The notes under the pieces are model-generated. The model was not told the DNA's origin. It searched no databases and worked only from the letters and a program-made list of their open reading frames with translations. Shown here in pieces: positions 28,438 to 38,640 of a stretch of 64,000 nt of DNA (position 1 is the first letter of the stretch; each line of letters starts with the position of its first letter). Source of the DNA: Candidatus Eiseniibacteriota bacterium (GTDB lineage: Bacteria > Eisenbacteria > RBG-16-71-46 > CAVPCR01). The position numbers and the translations under genes were made by a program. Location of the stretch: assembly GCA_963702435.1 (NCBI GenBank), contig CAVPCR010000001.1:480001-544000 (forward strand), written 5' to 3'.

Positions 28438-29796
28438 TCAGGGGTCGTCGCGCGGAGCCATGGCAACGGGGGGCCAGGCCCAATCGAGCCGCGCGGCAAC
28501 CTGGAAATCCGGGACGGCCTCGTGCGACCGTCTCGTCGCGAGCGCCAGTCTGACACGAACTTGCGCCATTTGCCAGTCCATCAGGACGGCCGCGGCCCGG
28601 CCCGGAACGGCGAGCCGCGGGGTGAGTCCATGCTCCGGCATGTGCGGGAGATCCACGGTCGCCCCGGTCTCGGCCACGGGACCGCTCCAGGTGGCGGCAC
28701 CGGCCTCGAGCGAGAGCCGGCGCGAGAGATCGCACCGCCAGCGGCAGCCGAGCCCGAGCCCTCCGCCGGCGGTCCAGTCGACGGTCACGCGCGACAGCGG
28801 TGTCGTGAACCCGAGACGGAGCCGGCTGCGATCGCGCCCGCCGGCGGCCCGGAGCTCGGCATGCAGGAACGCGCGGGAGCGATCGCGAGCGATCGGCAGC
28901 GCGAGATCGAGCCAGGCGCGTTGCGCGGCGGCGGCACTCGCGGGCTGGCCGCCCGCCATGAGCGCCGCGGTGCGCCGCGGATCACCGAGCTCGGCCCGCG
29001 CGCCGACGCTCACCGGAAGGCGATGCACCGCTCCGCGCACGAGGAGATCGAGGTCGAGATCCCCGCGCCCGCGCGCTCCGCTCTGCGGCGCCCCGCGGGC
29101 CGCCCGGAACCTGAGCCCCATCGTCGTCTCGATCCCGGCGGCGGTGCTCGCCACGCGGCCGGCGACGCCGCGTTCCTCGCCGGCCGGCGCGAGCTCGATC
29201 TCGGAGTGGTTTCCGTACGCGCGCCCGCTCAGATAGACGCTCACGAGCGGCCGCCACCCGGCGCCGCCGCCGACGAGAAGTCCCGTTCCCCGGTGCACGA
29301 AGGCGCAGAGCGCGAGCGGCCGGCGCGCGGACTCGGTCGCAGAGCCGGCGCCGCCGCCGATCGCGGCGGGAGGAGCGCGAGTACCTGCGGCCAGTAGCAG
29401 TTTCCCGCGGGGGAAGCGCACGCTGAGGGCCGCCCCCGCGAGCGCGGCGGGTCCGCCTGCCGTGATCGAACGGACGGCTCCCGGTGCCGCGCGCGGCAGC
29501 GCGGTCGCACCTGCTCCCCACTGGATGGCGAGCAGTCCGCCGTGCCACGACTCGACCGCACCGCGGCCGCGCCCGGTGAGCCGCGCGCGGGCAAGGCGCC
29601 CGTTCCGGTGGCGGGCCTCGACCCGGAGGCCATGGCGCGTCCAGGTCGCCTCGCCGCCGGGCGAGCGGCCGCGGGCCCGATCGATCGCCAGGTGCCACGA
29701 TCCGAGGTCGCGCTGCACCGCATCGCCGGCGCGGGCCGGGCCGGAGACCAGCGCGAGGCCGGCGGCGAGCGCGGCGAGCACGAGCTCTTGCTTCAC
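28438..29796 (-). CDS. Hypothetical secreted protein, probable outer-membrane beta-rich protein
   Basis: GTGA overlap with the upstream stop; signal peptide ending ARA; alternating amphipathic strands, ...ARLDWAW near the C-terminus. Confidence 0.55.
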   Translation of the reverse strand: MKQELVLAALAAGLALVSGPARAGDAVQRDLGSWHLAIDRARGRSPGGEATWTRHGLRVEARHRNGRLARARLTGRGRGAVESWHGGLLAIQWGAGATALPRAAPGAVRSITAGGPAALAGAALSVRFPRGKLLLAAGTRAPPAAIGGGAGSATESARRPLALCAFVHRGTGLLVGGGAGWRPLVSVYLSGRAYGNHSEIELAPAGEERGVAGRVASTAAGIETTMGLRFRAARGAPQSGARGRGDLDLDLLVRGAVHRLPVSVGARAELGDPRRTAALMAGGQPASAAAAQRAWLDLALPIARDRSRAFLHAELRAAGGRDRSRLRLGFTTPLSRVTVDWTAGGGLGLGCRWRCDLSRRLSLEAGAATWSGPVAETGATVDLPHMPEHGLTPRLAVPGRAAAVLMDWQMAQVRVRLALATRRSHEAVPDFQVAARLDWAWPPVAMAPRDDP

Positions 29797-30698
29797 GACC
29801 CACCCCCGCTCCCGGGTGCTGGCCCGCTCGCGCTGCCGTCCCACACCGCTGGCGCATGCGCCACCGAGAGGAGATCGGTGCGCGGGAGATCGGCGTGCCA
29901 GGCGACGCCGCCCCCGAGCGCGAGCGGGCCCCGGCGGAGCTCGATCGCGACCCGGAGCGACGGCTCCGCCGAGGACCAGCCCGCACCGAGGGCGAGGGGC
30001 GGGAGGATCCGCGTCATGAGGCCGAACCGGAGCCGGCGCCCCCGCGAGCCGTCGATGATCTTCATCTCGGCCGTGAGCGGCGCGCCCCCGGCGCGCACGG
30101 CGAGCGCGAACTCGCGCGGCGCGGCGAGCGCCACGGCCCCCGCGCTCTCGAGGATGCCGGAGGCGCGCGCCGCGAACCCGACGCCGCCGAGGTCGAGATC
30201 CCAGGTCAGGTCGAGCGCCCCGCCGATGCGCGTGCTCGCGACCGGTTCCCCGGCCGCCGCATCGAGCACGTTTGCCGTGAGCGCGAAGACCTGCCGGTCG
30301 AAGCGGCGGCCCACTGCGAGGGCGAGACGCGATTCTCGGTAGGCCCCGGCATCGAGGAGCGAGAGCCCGGCACCGATCACCCAGCGTTCGCCGGGTGCCC
30401 CGTAGGCGACCCGGGCGCCGACCGCGCGCAGATCCGGCCAGCGAAAGGGCCGCGCCCAGACGAGATCGGCCGAGAGACCAGCTGTCGCCCCCGCCGCGGG
30501 CCAACGCACCGGCGAGTCGCCGGCGACCAGGCTCCGCGGGGTCGCGTGCTCCCAGTCGAAGGCGGCGGTCGCCGGCCGCGCCGGCGCGCCGAGCACGGCG
30601 AGTGCCCCGAGCGCGGCGAGTGCCCCGAGCGGCGCGATCCTCCGCCGGCGCCCGGTGCGGGCGTGGCCCGCCGCCGGCGGCCGGCCAGCGCCGGTCAT
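29793..30698 (-). CDS. Putative outer-membrane beta-barrel (PorV/PorQ-like)
   Basis: Signal peptide; RSL..G...V..PA N-terminal motif; amphipathic strands; coupled to the upstream gene by an ATGA overlap. Confidence 0.6.
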   Translation of the reverse strand: MTGAGRPPAAGHARTGRRRRIAPLGALAALGALAVLGAPARPATAAFDWEHATPRSLVAGDSPVRWPAAGATAGLSADLVWARPFRWPDLRAVGARVAYGAPGERWVIGAGLSLLDAGAYRESRLALAVGRRFDRQVFALTANVLDAAAGEPVASTRIGGALDLTWDLDLGGVGFAARASGILESAGAVALAAPREFALAVRAGGAPLTAEMKIIDGSRGRRLRFGLMTRILPPLALGAGWSSAEPSLRVAIELRRGPLALGGGVAWHADLPRTDLLSVAHAPAVWDGSASGPAPGSGGGS

Positions 30699-32455
30699 GG
30701 CGCCACCACGAGCGTGGCGCGCGCCACGCGCGGTCGCGGCGCGGCCGGCGCCGCGCCCGGCGGCATCGCGCTCGCCGGAGCAAGCGGCACCGCCTCCTCA
30801 CCGGCCAGGCTCACCAGGTAGAGCCCCGGCGCGAGAGCGTTCCCGCGCTCGTCCCGGCCGTCCCAGGCGACGAGGCGGCGCCCGGCAAGCGCCTCGCCCG
30901 CGAAGCGGCGGACGAGACGCCCGTCGCTCGCGTGCACGGCGAGCACTCCCCGGCGGAGCGGGCCCCCGAACTGGAGGAGGACCGCGTTCCCCGCGCCCGC
31001 ACGCACGATGCGCGGCTCCACGCGCAGAAAGCCGCGCACGGTCTCCACGTGGAGCGCCACCCCGTTCGGGCGCCCGGGGCTCGCGCCTGCGGGCGCGGCG
31101 GCCCACGCCGCCCGATCGGTGCTCGGGAGCTCCGGCGACAGGCGCTCGACCGCCACTCCGGGCGGGGCCCAGTCCGCGGCGTAGGCCACGTCATCGCTCG
31201 TGCGCCCCGCCTCCTCGACCACCCGCACGCGATCGGCGATCGGCATCCCCGTGTCGTTGAGCGCCGGCCAGCGCGAGCCGAGAACGAGCGCGGCCCCGGG
31301 GACCTCGAGATCGCTCTCGGCGACCACGAGCAAGGCTCCCGGCGCGAGCGGCGGCGCTCCGGCGAGCGGGACCGGTTCGGCCCGGCCGTCGGCGAGCGCG
31401 TAGCGCGATGCATCGAGCGTGTCGGGGCTCGCGTTCACGAGCTCGACCCACTCGGGCGCGTCCCCCGCCGGGCGGAACAGGAACTCGTTCACGCGCAGCG
31501 GACCCGGGCCGGCGCGGGCGGGCACGCGGAGAGTGTCGGCCGCATCCGGCCCGCCCGATGCGGGGGGGGCGAGGAGCGCGCAGGTGAGACAGACGTCGAG
31601 GGTCCCGGCGGGCAGCGGACCGAGGAGGAGCGCCCCGGCGGCCTCCCCATCGGCGAGCACGGCGTGCATCGTCGCGCGCGGCATCGCGGCGGCACAGGGA
31701 GAAACGCTCACCTCGACGGCGGCGGCCGCCAGCTCCTCCTCGGCAGCGACCATCCACTCGATCTCGAGCCGCGGGTCGGCCCCGGCGTCGCTCCGGTGCG
31801 CGGGGCTCCGCAACCGGAAGCGAGAAGGACGGCGGTTCGCCTGCCCCGGGCTCGGCGGCGCGAGCGGATGGAAGTCCGCCGCGTTCCGGCCCGTGTCCGC
31901 GCCGTCGGGCGATCGCCCGAGACTCGTGCCGGCCGGCACGTCGGGCGCGGGCGCGCCGCGGAAGAACTCGGGTGCGGCGAGCTCTCCCCAGCCGAGCACG
32001 TCGACGACCACACCATCCACGAGCAGGCGGCAAGCGTCGGGACCGTTCTGGAGGCCGAGGACGGCGACGCTCGCGGGAGGCGGCTCGACGAGCGCCCCGC
32101 CGATCACATAGTGCACGCCCGCGGCGAGGCTCTCGCCGGGAGTGCCGTGCCACGCCTGCCGCCAGTCCCCGGGCCGGTTCCCGTTGCCGCGCTCGATCGC
32201 GACGCGACCGAGATCGAGCGACTGCGCGGCGTCGTGAACGAGTTCGATGAACTCGCCGCCCTCGTCCGCGCCCTCCGGATCGTAGAGGACCTCGTTGAGG
32301 AGAAGGCCCGCGGCGAGGGCGGGTCCGGCGGCGAGGATCGCCGCCGCGAGCGCGAGGACGGCGGCGGACACTGCTGCTGCGGCGAACCGGCTCGACCGCG
32401 CCCGGGAAGCGCGGCGGCGGCGACACCAAAGGAACGACATCCGGGTCCGGCGCAT
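30695..32455 (-). CDS. Secreted protein with two lamin-tail domains and a FlgD/T9SS-like C-terminal domain
   Basis: LNEVLYDP...GEFIEL and VNEFLFRP....PEWVELVN; C-terminal V..SDGRLVRR...WDGRDERG..LAPGLY.V. Confidence 0.85.
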   Translation of the reverse strand: MRRTRMSFLWCRRRRASRARSSRFAAAAVSAAVLALAAAILAAGPALAAGLLLNEVLYDPEGADEGGEFIELVHDAAQSLDLGRVAIERGNGNRPGDWRQAWHGTPGESLAAGVHYVIGGALVEPPPASVAVLGLQNGPDACRLLVDGVVVDVLGWGELAAPEFFRGAPAPDVPAGTSLGRSPDGADTGRNAADFHPLAPPSPGQANRRPSRFRLRSPAHRSDAGADPRLEIEWMVAAEEELAAAAVEVSVSPCAAAMPRATMHAVLADGEAAGALLLGPLPAGTLDVCLTCALLAPPASGGPDAADTLRVPARAGPGPLRVNEFLFRPAGDAPEWVELVNASPDTLDASRYALADGRAEPVPLAGAPPLAPGALLVVAESDLEVPGAALVLGSRWPALNDTGMPIADRVRVVEEAGRTSDDVAYAADWAPPGVAVERLSPELPSTDRAAWAAAPAGASPGRPNGVALHVETVRGFLRVEPRIVRAGAGNAVLLQFGGPLRRGVLAVHASDGRLVRRFAGEALAGRRLVAWDGRDERGNALAPGLYLVSLAGEEAVPLAPASAMPPGAAPAAPRPRVARATLVVAP

Positions 32456-32548
32456 GGCCGCGACCTCCCGGGTCGCCCGGGTTCATGACATGGGGTCAGA
32501 GAACCGAACGTGCGCTGCGCTCGCTGCCGCCGGGGCTCGCAGCAAAGC

Positions 32549-34819
32549 CTAGGCGAGTCCTCGCCGCCGGCGCAGGAACCACTCGAGCGACAGACACGCG
32601 ACGAAGGCGATGAACATCGCGGGATGGTTCCAGAGCTTGATCTCGGCGGTGCGGAGCGCGGTCGCCCGCTCGCGCGCGATCGCGGCCAATGCCGAGCGGG
32701 CTTCATCCGGCGGCACCCAGGCGCCGCCGGTGCGCAGAGCCAGCCGCCGGAGGAGGTCGGGGTTCGCCGCCGGCGTCATGCCTTCCAAGCTCGCCTCGTC
32801 GACGAGGAGCTGTCCGCCCTCGGCGCTCCAGCGTTCGGCGCCGCGCTCGGCCTTGCCGCGCAGGCGATAGAGACCCGGCGGCGGATAGCCGGCCGGACCG
32901 GCGTAGCTGCCGGCACCGCGCGCCGGGCCGAGCGTGAGCGGCTGTGCGGCCGCGGCCTTCGTCGCCGTCGCGGCGCGGCCTTCGATCGGCACGAGCTCGA
33001 CCGTGACCTCGGCATTAGGCACCGGCTTGAGCTCGTCATCGGTGAGGCGAGCGCCGAGCGTGACGAGCCGACCGCGGAGGAAGGCGGGCTGATCGGCGAA
33101 GATCTCGAGGTTGCCGCCGCCCTCGCCGCGGGCGAGCCAGCGCACCGCTTCGGTCCAGAAGCGACGCTGGATGAGATCATCCCCCGTCGAGCCGGCGACG
33201 AGAAAGCTCCAGCGCCAGATGAGCGAGCCGTTGATGACGAGCGCCCGGCCTCCCGGCGTGCGGCCCGCGATGACGAGCGGCGCGGTCGCCCGGCCTCCTC
33301 CCCGGCGGGCCGGCGTTGGCCCCACCAATCCCTCGACCAGCACCTCGCCGGTGAGTCCCACCTCGGTCAGCGCGCCGGGCCGGATCGGCGGCAGCTCACT
33401 CCAGAACTGCTCGGCGCGCGACGGCGACTCGCCGAGCGCGGTGACCGGATGGACCGACCCCGCACCGGTCAGGCGCGGCGTGACGAAGATGGGCGCACCA
33501 GGAGCGCGTGCCGCGCGCACCGGCAGCAGGCGATCGAGATCGGTGAGCCCCCCCTCGCGCGTCGCGCTCGGCGCGCCGACGACGAGGAGACCGCCGCCGT
33601 CCCGGGCAAAGGCGGCCAGGGCCTCGCGCGTGACCGCGGGCAGCCGGGGGACGTCCACGTCGACGAGCACCGCGACGCCGAACGCGGCCATCTCGCGCGC
33701 TCGGGTCGGGAGCGCCCCGAGCTTCGCCCCGCCGAGCGGGCGGTAGGCACCTCCCGGGTCCATCCGCACGAGCGCGGTCACCGCGAGCGTGCGATCCCCC
33801 GCCAGCGCCCGGCGGATGAATGTGACATCCCAGGACGGGCGGTCGGCGATCAGGAGCACCTGCAGCCGCTCTTCCTCGACGTTCACGGCGAAGGAGCGCC
33901 GGTTGTTGTCCGCGGTGAGCTCCTCCGGCACCGGCTCGAGCGCGATCGTGTAGCGATGCACGCCGAGCCGATCCGGGCGAAAGCGGATCTCGACGGGAAC
34001 GCGGGCGGACCCGGCGGGGAGCGCCAGCTGCTCGCGGGTCACGACGCGGGCCTCGTCGCTGAGCACGAGGTCGACTCGGGTCGGGAGCGCGAGCTGACTC
34101 GACAGGGTGATGAGGACCACGGTCTCCTGTCCGAGGTAGGCGTTCCGATTGGCCAGGCACTCGACCACCCAGACATCGTTCACGGTCGAGTCGAGCGAGG
34201 CGGGAACCGCGATCACGGGCACCGCCCCGCGCTCGCCGATCGCGACCGGATCCGGCCCGCTGTTGACGCCCCCGTCCGAGAGCACGAGGAGCGCGGCCGG
34301 GCGCGGCCCTTCCGCAGCGAGGACGTCGCGGAGCGCGGTGCCGAGATCGGTCGCCGGCTGATCGGGAACGGCGGCGGCGAAGGGCGGTCCCGCACCCGCG
34401 TCGGCCGCGAGCGCGCGCTCTCCGAACCCGTAGAGCTTGAGGTCGAAGTCCCGCTCGAGACCGGGCCACAGGTCGGTCAGGAGCTCGCGCGCCACCTGGA
34501 AGCGGGTAGTCGAATCCCCGGTCGCCGCGCGCGCGGGGAAGCGCATGCTCGCGGAGAGATCGACGAGCGCCACGAGCTCCGGGCGATCGCCGGCGCGCGA
34601 CACCACGGTGACCACCGGCTGGAACAGGGTGAACAGGAGGAGCGCCAGTCCGAGGAAGCGCAGCGCTCCCAGCACGACGCGAGTCGGTCGCGGGAGCGGC
34701 GGGACCGGAGCTCGATACGCCCAGATGGCGAGCACCACCGCGAGCGCCAGCGCCAGCCAGAAGACGAGGACCCAGGCCCCGCCGGCGCCCAGCGCTATGG
34801 ATCGAATCGGCCACGTCAT
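32549..34819 (-). CDS. Membrane protein with vWA and glutamine-amidotransferase-like domains
   Basis: N-terminal TMs; LVDLSASM MIDAS, TDLG, LSDG..N; E....NN; WRW; C-terminal LSLEWFLRRRRGL. Confidence 0.85.
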   Translation of the reverse strand: MTWPIRSIALGAGGAWVLVFWLALALAVVLAIWAYRAPVPPLPRPTRVVLGALRFLGLALLLFTLFQPVVTVVSRAGDRPELVALVDLSASMRFPARAATGDSTTRFQVARELLTDLWPGLERDFDLKLYGFGERALAADAGAGPPFAAAVPDQPATDLGTALRDVLAAEGPRPAALLVLSDGGVNSGPDPVAIGERGAVPVIAVPASLDSTVNDVWVVECLANRNAYLGQETVVLITLSSQLALPTRVDLVLSDEARVVTREQLALPAGSARVPVEIRFRPDRLGVHRYTIALEPVPEELTADNNRRSFAVNVEEERLQVLLIADRPSWDVTFIRRALAGDRTLAVTALVRMDPGGAYRPLGGAKLGALPTRAREMAAFGVAVLVDVDVPRLPAVTREALAAFARDGGGLLVVGAPSATREGGLTDLDRLLPVRAARAPGAPIFVTPRLTGAGSVHPVTALGESPSRAEQFWSELPPIRPGALTEVGLTGEVLVEGLVGPTPARRGGGRATAPLVIAGRTPGGRALVINGSLIWRWSFLVAGSTGDDLIQRRFWTEAVRWLARGEGGGNLEIFADQPAFLRGRLVTLGARLTDDELKPVPNAEVTVELVPIEGRAATATKAAAAQPLTLGPARGAGSYAGPAGYPPPGLYRLRGKAERGAERWSAEGGQLLVDEASLEGMTPAANPDLLRRLALRTGGAWVPPDEARSALAAIARERATALRTAEIKLWNHPAMFIAFVACLSLEWFLRRRRGLA

Positions 34820-35238
34820 ACCCGCCACCGTCCCCTCATCGAGCTTCCTGATCGAGCTCCGTGTCCGGCGCTCTGCCGCCCGGCACCCGCGCGATCGCCT
34901 GCGGCCGCGCCCGCCGGCTCGTCCATCGGCTCCCTCGTGCTCCTTCACCCGCTCGCCGTACCCGGGTTCCCGGCACCGGGAGGGCGGCCGGAGGGACGGT
35001 GAACGACCGGGTAGCATAGGTCGGACCAGCCTCGATCGGCCAGCCTCTCAACCGCCCCACGCCGGCCTGGCTCGGCCCGAACGCCGCCGGCCGGGCCCCG
35101 ATCGGCCGCCGGGCGGGTCCGGCCAGCTCCCGGCCGCCTGGGCCCCGATCCGGGCGTGAACCGGGTGGTCATGGCCGTCAACGGCGTTCGCGCCGGGCGG
35201 GCGGCGTTCGCGCCGGGCGGGGAGGAGGAGGTGCAACG

Positions 35239-35260
35239 AAAACGGGCCCCGGAGGGCCCG
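35239..35260 (-). terminator. Intrinsic terminator after the STAS gene
   Basis: CGGGCCC-tccg-GGGCCCG-TTTT on the minus strand. Confidence 0.7.
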
Positions 35261-35322
35261 CTCGCGGAAGACGAAGATCAACGGCGCGGCGAGTGGCGCT
35301 GGTGCGGGACGCGGGACGCTAG

Positions 35323-35718
35323 CTAAGCCTCGGCCGCTCGGCGCGCGCCGCGGTTGGCGATCTCGGCCTGGAAGCGCTCGATCGCCTCGGCCGCGGTGGG
35401 ATAGGCCTCGAGGATGTTCTGGAACTCGAGCAGCTCGAAGACCTCGTACACATCGGGGGACATCCCGGACAGCTTGAGGTCACCGTACTGCTCGCGGATC
35501 TCGCGGATCTCGCCGATGAAGATCCCCCAGCCCGCGCTCGACACGTAATCGACCCCCGACAGGTCGATCACGATGTTGTGGATCCGGCGCTCCAGGATCC
35601 CGTTGACCTTTTTCTCGAGCTCATGCGAGGTGGTGGTGTCCACATAGCCGGAGACGCGCACGACCGCGATCTCCCCACTCGCTCCGGCTTCCTCCACGAT
35701 GACGTCGATTCCTCGCAT
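35323..35718 (-). CDS. STAS anti-sigma factor antagonist (RsbV/SpoIIAA-like)
   Basis: VSGYVD..T, IDLSGVDYVSSAG with the phosphoacceptor Ser, V.EVFELL. Confidence 0.93.
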   Translation of the reverse strand: MRGIDVIVEEAGASGEIAVVRVSGYVDTTTSHELEKKVNGILERRIHNIVIDLSGVDYVSSAGWGIFIGEIREIREQYGDLKLSGMSPDVYEVFELLEFQNILEAYPTAAEAIERFQAEIANRGARRAAEA

Positions 35719-35748
35719 GGCGTCCTCCGCGCGGGACCTGGTCCCGCA

Positions 35749-38640
35749 TTAGCTCCCGGTACGATCGAGTTCCTCATCGCCGTCCGCGAGCGACTCCCGG
35801 TCGGCCCCGGCATCGGCGTAGGGCACGATCCGAGCGCTGTCCACAGCCCCTTCGGCTTCCGGCTCGGCCGCGGCTTCCGGGCCTTCCGGGTCTTCCGGAT
35901 CTTCCGGCTCCGCGGCGGCTCCCGCATTCTCCGCTGTCTCCGTATCCTTCACCTGCACCACGGCGATGGCATCCGCCGCATCCGCCGCATCCGCCGCATT
36001 CGTTACATCCGTCACATCGGTCACATCGGTCACGTCCACCGGGCCGGCGGCTTCCACGGCGGGCGCCACCTCCGCCGATCTCGCTTCATCGGCCGCCGCG
36101 AGCGCGGTAGCCGGCGCCGCCACCGCCTCCGCCGGCAGAACGTCACCCGGCGGATCGGCCGGCGCCTCGACGAACTCCGCCACCGCCGCCGCCCGCGCCG
36201 GGCGCGGCCGGCGCTCGCGCTTCGGGCGTGGAACGCGCGGCTCGAGTCCGGCGAAGGCCCGCCGCGCCGCGGTCGTGCTCAGCTTGAGGCGGCGGAGCGA
36301 GGCCGTCACCCGGGTCGCCTTCACCTCGAGCCCCACGCTCTGGCTCATGGCCTCCGCCAGCCGCTTGGCGCCGCGCTCCGGGTCCTGCCGCACGAGCTTC
36401 TTGAGCGTCTCTTCCTGCTCGTTCGACAGGCGCAGCGGCAGCGGCCGCTTGCGGTGATCGCGCAACCCCTCGCGGCCGAGCGACTCGCGAAGCCGGCGGT
36501 ACCGGTAGTAGGTCGATGTCGAGACCCCTTCTTCGGCGCAGGCCTCGGGCACCGGCTTCCCCTCGACTTCCACCCGCTGGAGGAGGCGCTCCCGGGCCTC
36601 GAGCACGAGCTCGGGGGCCGACAGCCGCTCCTTGATGGCGACCAGCGTGATGTCGTCGTTCTGGGGCGTGTCGCCTGTGAAATCGGCCAGCTCCCGTTCC
36701 AGCTGAAGGCAAAACGCCTGCGGCGCCAGGTGGGCGTAGCGTTTGATCACGGCGAGGAGCCGGTCAGTCCCAAATTGCACCATCTGGGCGTTCATCGCCT
36801 CGGTGATGCCGTCGGTGTAGACGACGAGGAGGTCGCCCTGCTCGAGCGCCACGCGCTCGACCCCGATCGACCTGGCGAAGAGCTCCTGGTCGGGCAGGTC
36901 GATGCCGACCGGGAACCCGCGCGGCTTGAGGAAGTAGGTCTCGTCGGTGGCGGCCCGGTAGAGGATCATCGGATTGTGGCCGGCTGAGGCGTAGCTGATC
37001 AGACGCTGCCGCGAGTCGAGCACCACGTAGAACATGGTGACGAACATGCCCTTCTTCATGTCCGCCGTGACGAAGCGATTGACGCGATCGAGCACGTCGG
37101 CGGCTGCCATCTCGCCGCGGGCCTCGAGCCGGAGCGCGGTGCGGATCATCATCATGACGAGCGACGCGGGCACCCCCTTGCCCGAGACGTCGGCCACCGC
37201 GAGCCCCCAGGTCTCGTCGTCCACGTGGACGAAGTCGTAGTAGTCGCCGCCGACCTCCTTGGCCGCGCAGTACATGGTGCCGATCTCGAACCCCGACATC
37301 TCCGGGAGCGCGCGCGGCAGGAGCGACTGCTGGATCGACTTGGCGACCTCGACCTCCTGCTGCAGGCGCTCGCGCTCGACCAGGCTCTGCTGGGCGTCCT
37401 GGAACTTGCTCGTGACGTCGTTGAAGGCGCGGGCGATGGCATCGAGCTCCTCGAGCCCTGCTTCCTCGAGCCGTTGCTCCTTGCCGGTGCCGACCGCGCG
37501 CACGCCCTCGGTCAGCCGCTGGATCGGCCTGACGATGAGCCGGACGAGAAGGGCGACGGCGCCGAGCCCGCCGACGAAGACGAGCGCGGCCACGAGCAGG
37601 ATGTCCCGGCGCTCGGCCCTGGCCCGCTCGGTGACGGTCGATTCGAGGATCGTGACGTAGAGCGTGCCGAGGTGCGGCCGGGGCTGCCCGGCGGTGCGGG
37701 CGGCGCCCGGAGACGTGATCGGCACCGCTATCACGTAGCGACCGTCGACCGGCCGGGCCGCCCCGAACGCTGCGGCGTCGGCGTCGCGCGGCACCGCGAG
37801 CGTCCCCGCCGGCAACGCGATCCGGCGCAGCACCAGATCCTCGTCGCTCGCCGCCCACACGGTCCCCGCCGTGTCGGTGACGACGATGCTCGCGAACTGG
37901 GTGCGCGCCACCGCCGCCTTCGCCGCCGCGTTGAGCTGCGTCTGCTTCGGCCCGAAGGCCTGCGGGCGGAGGAGGAGATCGACGGACTGCGCGCGCAGGC
38001 TCGCGGCGAGCGTGGCCCCGCTCGCCAGCACCTCGCGCCGGGCGACGAAGCCGGCGCGGCCGAGCAGCACCGCCGCGACACCCGAGAGGAGAATGGCGAG
38101 CAGAATGCTCGTCTGGATGAAGAAGCGGAGCCGGAGGCTCCGCGTGCGGAGCTTGGCCCAGAGGGCCGCGCGGAAGACGGCGAACGGCGAGCGCGGGCGC
38201 GGGGCGAAGCGCTTGACGAGCGTGAGCAGGTTCTCGTCCCCGCTCCGCGCGTGACGCACCTCATCCATCGTCTTGTGGATGAGGTAGAGGCCGAATCCAC
38301 CCTTCTTGCCGGTCTTGACGTAGCGGGTCAGGTCGGGCGTGCCGACGGCCTGCGGATCGAAGGCCTTCCCGGAATCGCGGAGCGTGATCGCCACCTGATC
38401 GCCGTCGGTGACGATCTCGACGCCGATCTTGCCGGCGCGGCCCGCGTAGGCGTGCTCGATGATGTTGGCGCAGGCTTCATCGACCCCGAGGCGCACCTCG
38501 CGGCGGGCGCGCTCGGTGAGCCGGGTGGCGCGCAGCTCGCTCTCGATGAACGTGCGAACCTGCGGCAGATCCTCCGGCCGTGCGGCGACCGAGAGCGTGG
38601 CCCGGCGCGGGCCGTTCGAACGGCGGAGGAGCGGGGTCAT
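35749..38640 (-). CDS. Fusion: RsbW-like HATPase + 2TM sensor + HAMP + SpoIIE/RsbU PP2C phosphatase + HTH + acidic tail
   Basis: DEACANIIEHAY, DSGKAFD, GGFGLYLI; PIQRL..G...EL..IA.AFN HAMP; VGGDYYD, VADVSGKG, SAGH, YTDGITEA, DDIT; ACAEEGVSTSTYYRY. ATG 38640 overlaps the upstream stop. Confidence 0.92.
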   Translation of the reverse strand: MTPLLRRSNGPRRATLSVAARPEDLPQVRTFIESELRATRLTERARREVRLGVDEACANIIEHAYAGRAGKIGVEIVTDGDQVAITLRDSGKAFDPQAVGTPDLTRYVKTGKKGGFGLYLIHKTMDEVRHARSGDENLLTLVKRFAPRPRSPFAVFRAALWAKLRTRSLRLRFFIQTSILLAILLSGVAAVLLGRAGFVARREVLASGATLAASLRAQSVDLLLRPQAFGPKQTQLNAAAKAAVARTQFASIVVTDTAGTVWAASDEDLVLRRIALPAGTLAVPRDADAAAFGAARPVDGRYVIAVPITSPGAARTAGQPRPHLGTLYVTILESTVTERARAERRDILLVAALVFVGGLGAVALLVRLIVRPIQRLTEGVRAVGTGKEQRLEEAGLEELDAIARAFNDVTSKFQDAQQSLVERERLQQEVEVAKSIQQSLLPRALPEMSGFEIGTMYCAAKEVGGDYYDFVHVDDETWGLAVADVSGKGVPASLVMMMIRTALRLEARGEMAAADVLDRVNRFVTADMKKGMFVTMFYVVLDSRQRLISYASAGHNPMILYRAATDETYFLKPRGFPVGIDLPDQELFARSIGVERVALEQGDLLVVYTDGITEAMNAQMVQFGTDRLLAVIKRYAHLAPQAFCLQLERELADFTGDTPQNDDITLVAIKERLSAPELVLEARERLLQRVEVEGKPVPEACAEEGVSTSTYYRYRRLRESLGREGLRDHRKRPLPLRLSNEQEETLKKLVRQDPERGAKRLAEAMSQSVGLEVKATRVTASLRRLKLSTTAARRAFAGLEPRVPRPKRERRPRPARAAAVAEFVEAPADPPGDVLPAEAVAAPATALAAADEARSAEVAPAVEAAGPVDVTDVTDVTDVTNAADAADAADAIAVVQVKDTETAENAGAAAEPEDPEDPEGPEAAAEPEAEGAVDSARIVPYADAGADRESLADGDEELDRTGS

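Noticed and set aside
36270..36600. IS481/IS630 insertion sequence
   Set aside because: Only the HTH region is present, in frame within the phosphatase; no DDE domain, inverted repeats or target duplication seen.
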